Source of the DNA: the human T2T-CHM13v2.0 reference genome, Homo sapiens
Assembly: GCF_009914755.1 (NCBI RefSeq)
Contig: NC_060925.1
Length of the DNA stretch: 64,000 nt
Reading direction: 5' to 3' (one strand)
Below the pieces are notes generated by a model. The model did no database searches, was not told where the DNA came from, and was given only the letters and a program-made list of their open reading frames with translations. How positions within the stretch are numbered: the stretch's first letter is position 1; each line of letters opens with the position of its first letter. The translations under genes and the position numbers were made by a program. Shown one piece after another: positions 59,408 through 64,000 of the stretch.

Positions 59408-61334
59408 TTCTCAATATTGGGGGGAGTGGGGCCCGAGACAGGAAGAAGCCGAGAACAGAGAAAGAATGGGATGGGAGGGTGCAGGCCCTCAGCCCCCTGT
59501 TGGTCAGAGGACATTCTCTCAGTGCTGCCAGTAGGAGAATTGGGGCACACCAGGTAGGAGGCAGCTCAGGAAACAGGAGGCAGGGTAAACTGAGAGGGGT
59601 TTCCAAGGAAGAATCTTTTAATGAAAGGGTCTGGAGGGAGGGGAAGCCAGAAATTACAGGCAGGGGCCTGCGAGAGCAGAGAAGTGGCTGCCGGCTGCTG
59701 GCAGGGGAGGTGTGAGTGGCGCGGCCCCAGGGCACAGAGCTGCCCCTGTGAGCTGGGCCTGTGGGGCTCCTCCCAGGCTCTTCAGGCAGCTCAGGAGCAC
59801 TTGAGACTTCAGGAGTGGGTAGGACTGGGGAGGCGTCATTGAAGACAGCAGCCCTTGCCTGTGTCCCGGCCACTTCCAACTCCGGGCAGCTGGCACCCTA
59901 CCCCCTTGGAGGTGTGCAGTTGGAGAGCAGGCTGCTTCAGACGGGACCGTAGCTGTGCCCCTGCCAAGCTATGCAACCTTGCATAAGTCATGGAGCCTTC
60001 CTGGGCCTCAGTTACTTCATCTGTAAAATGGAATGAAAACAGTACCAGTGGGGAGTTAGCAGGAGGACAAACCGAGAACATTCAAGCGAAAGGGCCGTTT
60101 CACACGGTCTTGGCACGTGGCGAGGGCAGGGTGAACATTATTTGCTGTCATTGTAATAATTTACCTATCTTAAATCCGCATTGCTGTATATGTCGTTTAT
60201 TTGGAAAATCAAGCTGCTCCCGGGGTCGGTGTTGTCAGTGGGTGTGGGGCATCGAGCCCACACTGCAGGTCTGCCATCCTCTCGCCTCACTGGAAGACAG
60301 CCTTCCTCCTGCCGACAGCTGTCCAGGAGCATGGGACGGATGGCCAAGGGAAGGACAGGGGCCCGGGTCAGGCCCTGCCTGGCTCTCACCTGTTCTTGCC
60401 CCTTGCCAGCCGTAGTGCAGTCAACTCCCAGCCCACAGAGCTCAGCTCTGGCGTGACCATCCCTGGGGCCCCAATGGCCACCAGGCTACAGCACGAGGCT
60501 GTGATGATTTAAGATTAGTTCTGGACCAGCTGCTGTAAAGAAGGGGATCAATATGGCCTTTCACCTGCTTTGCACACCTCGGGGGCATCAGGAGGGCTGT
60601 TGGCTGGAGGGAGGCGAGATGGAGGAAGGGGTGGCCAGGGAGCCTCTGCAGCAGGGGCCAGAGGGAGCACACGCCCCCATGTGCAGCCAGGGAAATGGAA
60701 AAGTTTCTGTTCGCTGCGCGGTGCGGGCAGCTTGCCTTCAGTACACACAACCATTCGGCACAGTAACAAGGTGATCGCTATGCGTATTTAATAAGCCATG
60801 CTCCTGCTGCTTGGAATACAGGGGAAGCCGGCTCCACCTTGGCGCTGGAGATCTGGAAATGGCTCCGTCTGGTTGCTGCTAACGACTGCTTGACCTGCTC
60901 CTGGGCTGCCCGGCTCCACGCTCACCACAGTGGCCACTGCATGGCCAGCCAGGCCTGGGGGAGCCGCCTGGAGCCGGGGCTGCTGCTGCTCTCTCACTGG
61001 CTGTGGTCTCGTATGTGTGCCTAGGGCTCAGCATCTGTGGGCTGTGCCTCGCGTGTGATGTCTGCAGCAGAATGCCTGCCTTCAGAGGAAGGGCATTCCT
61101 TGCTGGCAGCCATGTGGCAGAATCTGCCCCAGGCTTGAGAAAACCCCCTATGGGGTTTGAGATTCTTAGAGCCGTTCAATGCTCCAAGCCAGGAGACCCA
61201 GGCATGTGCTTTGGCTGAGGTTGTGGCTAGCATGGCCCAGGACCAAATGTGAAAACACAGGGGCTTAATCTAGGACTGTGTTACCTCTAAGGGGCTTTTT
61301 CTGACTCCTCCCACCCTCGGGAAGTAAACCAATG

Positions 61335-61560
61335 TATACTGAGCGATTCCTTTGGACCAGAAATGAGTTTTGCGCTTTACCTATAGGATCTCATTTAATC
61401 CTCAAATCACGCTTTGAGATGAATACGATTATTCCCACTTTACAGATGAGGAAACAGAGGCACAGAGAGGTTAAGTAACTTGCCCAAGGTCACACAGCTA
61501 GAAGAGGCAGGGTTGGGATTTGAACACAGGCATTCTGAGTCTTAACCCCTGTGCTTAACC
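61335..61560 (-). mobile_element. MIR (best-preserved of roughly 20 MIR fragments in the window)
   Basis: Core acagatgaggaaacagaggcacagagaggttaagtaacttgcccaaggtcacacagctag. Confidence 0.85.
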
Positions 61561-64000
61561 CACCCACCTTGGTGGGCAGAAGTCTCAGTTTCCTTGGGGT
61601 GCCTGGGCCCCCCAAAGCTTTCTGTCTGCGTCAGATGTAACTCCCAGGAGCTCCTCTTGTTTCCATGAGCACGCCTTCCGGGCCGAGGACTGTGTTGTGT
61701 TCATCTTTGTTTCCACAGTGCCTGGATCACTGGCATCTAGCAGGGGCTCCCAATTCCAGGCTCTCTGTATGAGGTGCTGGAGGCACAGAAATGAGCAAGG
61801 TGGGCTCAGCAGTCCAGGAGCTCGGAGTCCAGTGTGCAGAGACAGAGCTGGGACTGTCAGCTTCCGCCCAGTGTCATGAGACCAGGGACAGGGAAAGCCC
61901 AGGGGAGGCGGGATCCCAGAGGAGGCGAGAGGGGTGCCAGACCCAGCTGGACGCAGGACAGGAGCAGGAGACAGTTGTCTGGAGGCCAGGATCCCCGAGC
62001 TCGGCTATGCGGGTGAGTTGGTGTGTGACTATGAAGGAAGAGGGGAAGTGATGTTCTGGCCAGAAGAAAGCACCGCGAGCCACGCCTAGGCCAGAGGCAG
62101 CCCGCAAGTGGCCAGAAGGCCTCCAAGGGTGGGGCGCCTGAGCTGAAGACTGCCTCCCTGAGGCCCACATGGCCTGGACTCTGCGCCTTGTCCAGCTGGT
62201 CCCTGCTGGGCTGCCTTGACCTGTTTTGTGCCACCATCCCCTGCAGAGCTGGCACCCGCGGTCTGTCTCTGGGTTTTACGCTTGCCCACCAACTGCTTGT
62301 TCAGCTCCTTGATCCCAGCAGAGGCAGAAGCGAGGCCTGTTAAATAATAATGTCGCTCACCGGGGCCCGTGTCAACACCGCGTCCTCCGCGTTCATGATC
62401 TAGATCGCACCGCCTTCAAAGTCTAATCCAGTCGTTTGGAGTTCATTTTAACCGATTGCTGGAGGGGGAAGCTGGCTGTGGGATGATTGTTGCATCTTAA
62501 TTTAAAAAAACTTATTGGGAACAGGCTGATAGCAGGCCTGCGGCACATGAGGTGTGCTCGGCTGCATGGAGGGCCAGTGCCCTGCAAGGCTGCTCCCTGA
62601 CAAGGTGTGAGCTGGCGTCTCTGCCACCCTGGCTTGTGGGAGGACAACAGTAGTGACAGCGTGGGGCGTTGGGGACCCGGCTGGGCTATGAATACACATT
62701 ATGCTATTGGATCTCCGCAACGCTGAGGAGTGACCCGCTGGGCCCATTTTACAGATGGGGATGTGGACTAGAAGCCAGGCCCTTTGGCTTGCAGTGTGCA
62801 GCCATGCTGGCCCCTTCCCACCACCAGGCCTTCACCTCTGTTGTTCCCTCTGCCTGGAGCACTGTTCCCCTCCTGTGTGGCTCTTCTTTAGCTTGGGTCT
62901 CGGCTTAACTGCCGCCTCCTCAGTGAAGCCACCCTGACTGCTCCAGCCGAGTCATCCCTACCCCTTCATGGTCTCAGCACATCACCCGGCTTTATTGCCT
63001 TCAGAGTGTTGGTCACTTTCTGCAATTATCTCCTTGAGTGCAGTTGTCCGTCTGCACCGGCGCCTCACTGCCTTGTTAACCAGTGAGTCCCAGGGCCGGG
63101 CACGGCGCAGCCTCTCAGCCAGTTAGGGGTGAGTGTGCCGGCACCTTCCTCCGCCACGGCGGAGCCGCCTGTGCAGGGCGGTCGCAGGGCCCTCGCAGGA
63201 CTCTGCAGGAAGGTGAGATTCGGGGGGTTAGGCATTCTTTCTGCGCTGGGGCAGTTAGGGAAGTGTCCTGGGAAGAACTGTGCCTTCAAGGAAGTAGGGC
63301 AGGGAGTCCCCTCCCAAGAGAAGGGAGGGAGGAATTCGCAGAAGGGGCTTGTCCAGAGGGTCTGTGGCCAGTGGGGATAGTCCCTGCCTGGATGGCAGCC
63401 GGGGACAGATGGACAACAGTGTCACTCAAGGGTGAGAACCCTGCCTGGACCTGCACCCGCACCAGCCTTGTGGTGTTTCTATGGCAACCCCCTTCCCCCA
63501 AGCAGATTTTCAGCCTCCCTGGTGCAGTTGCAAGAAGCACAGGCCTGGGTCCTTCCTGGAAAGTGCTGGAACTCAGGGCAAGTGGCGTCAGCATTTGGAC
63601 CCCAGGCCTGGTTCCTGCCTTGAGGGGCTGTGGTGGGGTTAACTGGGGCAGCCCCTCCCCCATTAGACCCGGGCTTCCCATCCTTGGAGAAGCCTGTCTG
63701 GACCATTTCACCTCCTACATACACCACAGCTACATGCTGACATCCTGGGGCCGGTTATGGGATTAACCAGACTGAAGCTGAGTAGGGTGGGACTGGGCCT
63801 GGCTGGCTCCCATTGTTACCATCCTATCCCCATGGCCCAAGGCCAGGCCTGACGCAGAGCAGGTGCTCAGTAAAGGGTGGTTAAGGCCAGAAGCCCCTCA
63901 GGGAGATGGGCTCTGTCTGTAATGTTTCCCCAAGTGGGGGGTGGGGGCATTGCAGAGCAGCTGACCGAGGCTTGGTTTTAACCGGCTTCGGAGCATGAAG

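Noticed and set aside
63083-63766. 227-aa plus-strand ORF in the last intron
   Set aside because: GTG start, no domain, does not match the expected next ARHGEF10L exon; consistent with chance in GC-rich DNA.

Overview
This is mammalian, almost certainly human, genomic DNA: 13 Alu elements, MIR/L2/L1M/MER/MLT relics, GC-rich. It holds the middle of one spliced gene on the + strand, ARHGEF10L (GrinchGEF, a Dbl-family Rho GEF). I assembled 19 consecutive GT-AG coding exons (labelled A-S, 5043-56577) that splice with matching phases into an uninterrupted 2400-nt / 800-codon frame. The frame covers an N-terminal linker, the DH domain (exons D-H), a PH-like region (I-N) and the start of the WD40-like beta-propeller (O-S). 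The canonical start and the last exons lie outside the window. Almost all entries in the six-frame ORF track are chance ORFs or exon read-throughs. I found no CRISPR array, RNA gene, intact transposon ORF or new multi-gene system. The best signals are isoform-level and regulatory: a 15-nt microexon invisible to the ORF track followed by a (GGGGCTCT)n G-run array; a candidate internal first exon giving an N-terminally truncated GEF; a 52-bp tandem duplication of a 3' splice-site region; an inverted Alu pair around a 345-nt stop-free exon trio (circRNA candidate); two candidate intronic poly(A) sites; and an E-box array created by tandem expansion inside a MER45A-like transposon. Repeat subfamily names and gene identity come from recall and were not confirmed by a database search.
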